NCBI RefSeq assembly: GCF_001194135.2
Contig: NC_068995.1
Location: 22,511,749 to 22,547,172 of the forward strand
Length of the DNA stretch: 35,424 nt
Reading direction: 5' to 3'
Origin: Octopus bimaculoides
Taxonomy: Eukaryota
Both the position numbers and the translations under genes were made by a program. Each line of letters opens with the position of its first letter. Positions within the stretch are counted from its first letter, which is position 1. Shown here one piece after another: positions 34,884 through 35,424 of this stretch. The notes under the pieces are model-generated. The model was not told where the DNA came from and did no database searches. It saw only the letters and a list, made by a program, of their open reading frames with translations.

Positions 34884-35424
34884 GTTAGATGGAGGAAGAG
34901 AATTGCAAAAAAAAACGAAATAAAATCCAAAGGAATACAATTATAAGGAGTCCAGTGTGATGAGCAAGACGAAACTTCGAAGATATTGCCAGTATCTTTT
35001 CTTCTAAATGTTAATAAACACGTAGCCTACTATACTTCATTGAATAATCCGTCATTTTATTGTTAATATGTCTTTATACATAAGGTGACATAAAAACACC
35101 CACACACAGAATTGTGGCATAAGGATTAAGGATTGGTATTTACTTATTTTGAAATCTCTTGAATATCTTAGGTCATGCATAGTGTAAGGTTGATTTTAGT
35201 TATTGATCACATGATTCGTCTAGAAATAGAATATATGAGAACAATCAAAGTGTAACAATCCGTAGTAAATCTTTCAATGATACAAACTAAAATCATTGTA
35301 ATATTACAAGTTATGTTTCGCTTTAATGTCCTTTTTTGGTACGAATATAAAAATGGTTTGAATTCTTAATTCCCTGTATTGTTTTTAAGCCTGAACTGGT
35401 ATATATATATATATATATATATAT

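Noticed and set aside
34955-34980. GTGATGAG-CAAGA-CGAAAC hammerhead-like spacing
   Set aside because: Lacks C3, stem II has one base pair, and there is no stem I or III complement.

Overview
AT-rich, repeat-dense eukaryotic genomic DNA from a draft scaffold with seven N-gaps, all flanked by (AT)n-type or (AAT)n tracts. The SINE families and microsatellite load look like a coleoid cephalopod, probably an octopus (inference from recalled consensus sequences, not a search). I found no confidently supported host gene, tRNA, rRNA or CRISPR array; almost every listed ORF is a microsatellite or gap artefact. The window holds decayed retroelements: two Penelope-like GIY-YIG remnants, two R4/Dong-like LINE pieces, weaker CRE-like and Hero-like pieces, about 11 copies of one short SINE, and two other tRNA-derived SINEs. 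Two objects stand out. (1) A 267-bp near-perfect palindrome at 7634-7900 carries a hammerhead-ribozyme-like core on each strand. (2) A ~2-kb minus-strand element at ~24976-27030 encodes only a decayed ORF1/gag-like protein (RRM-like motif plus CCHC knuckle) with no ORF2, has an intron-like T-rich segment just before its ATG, and may be inserted into a SINE head.
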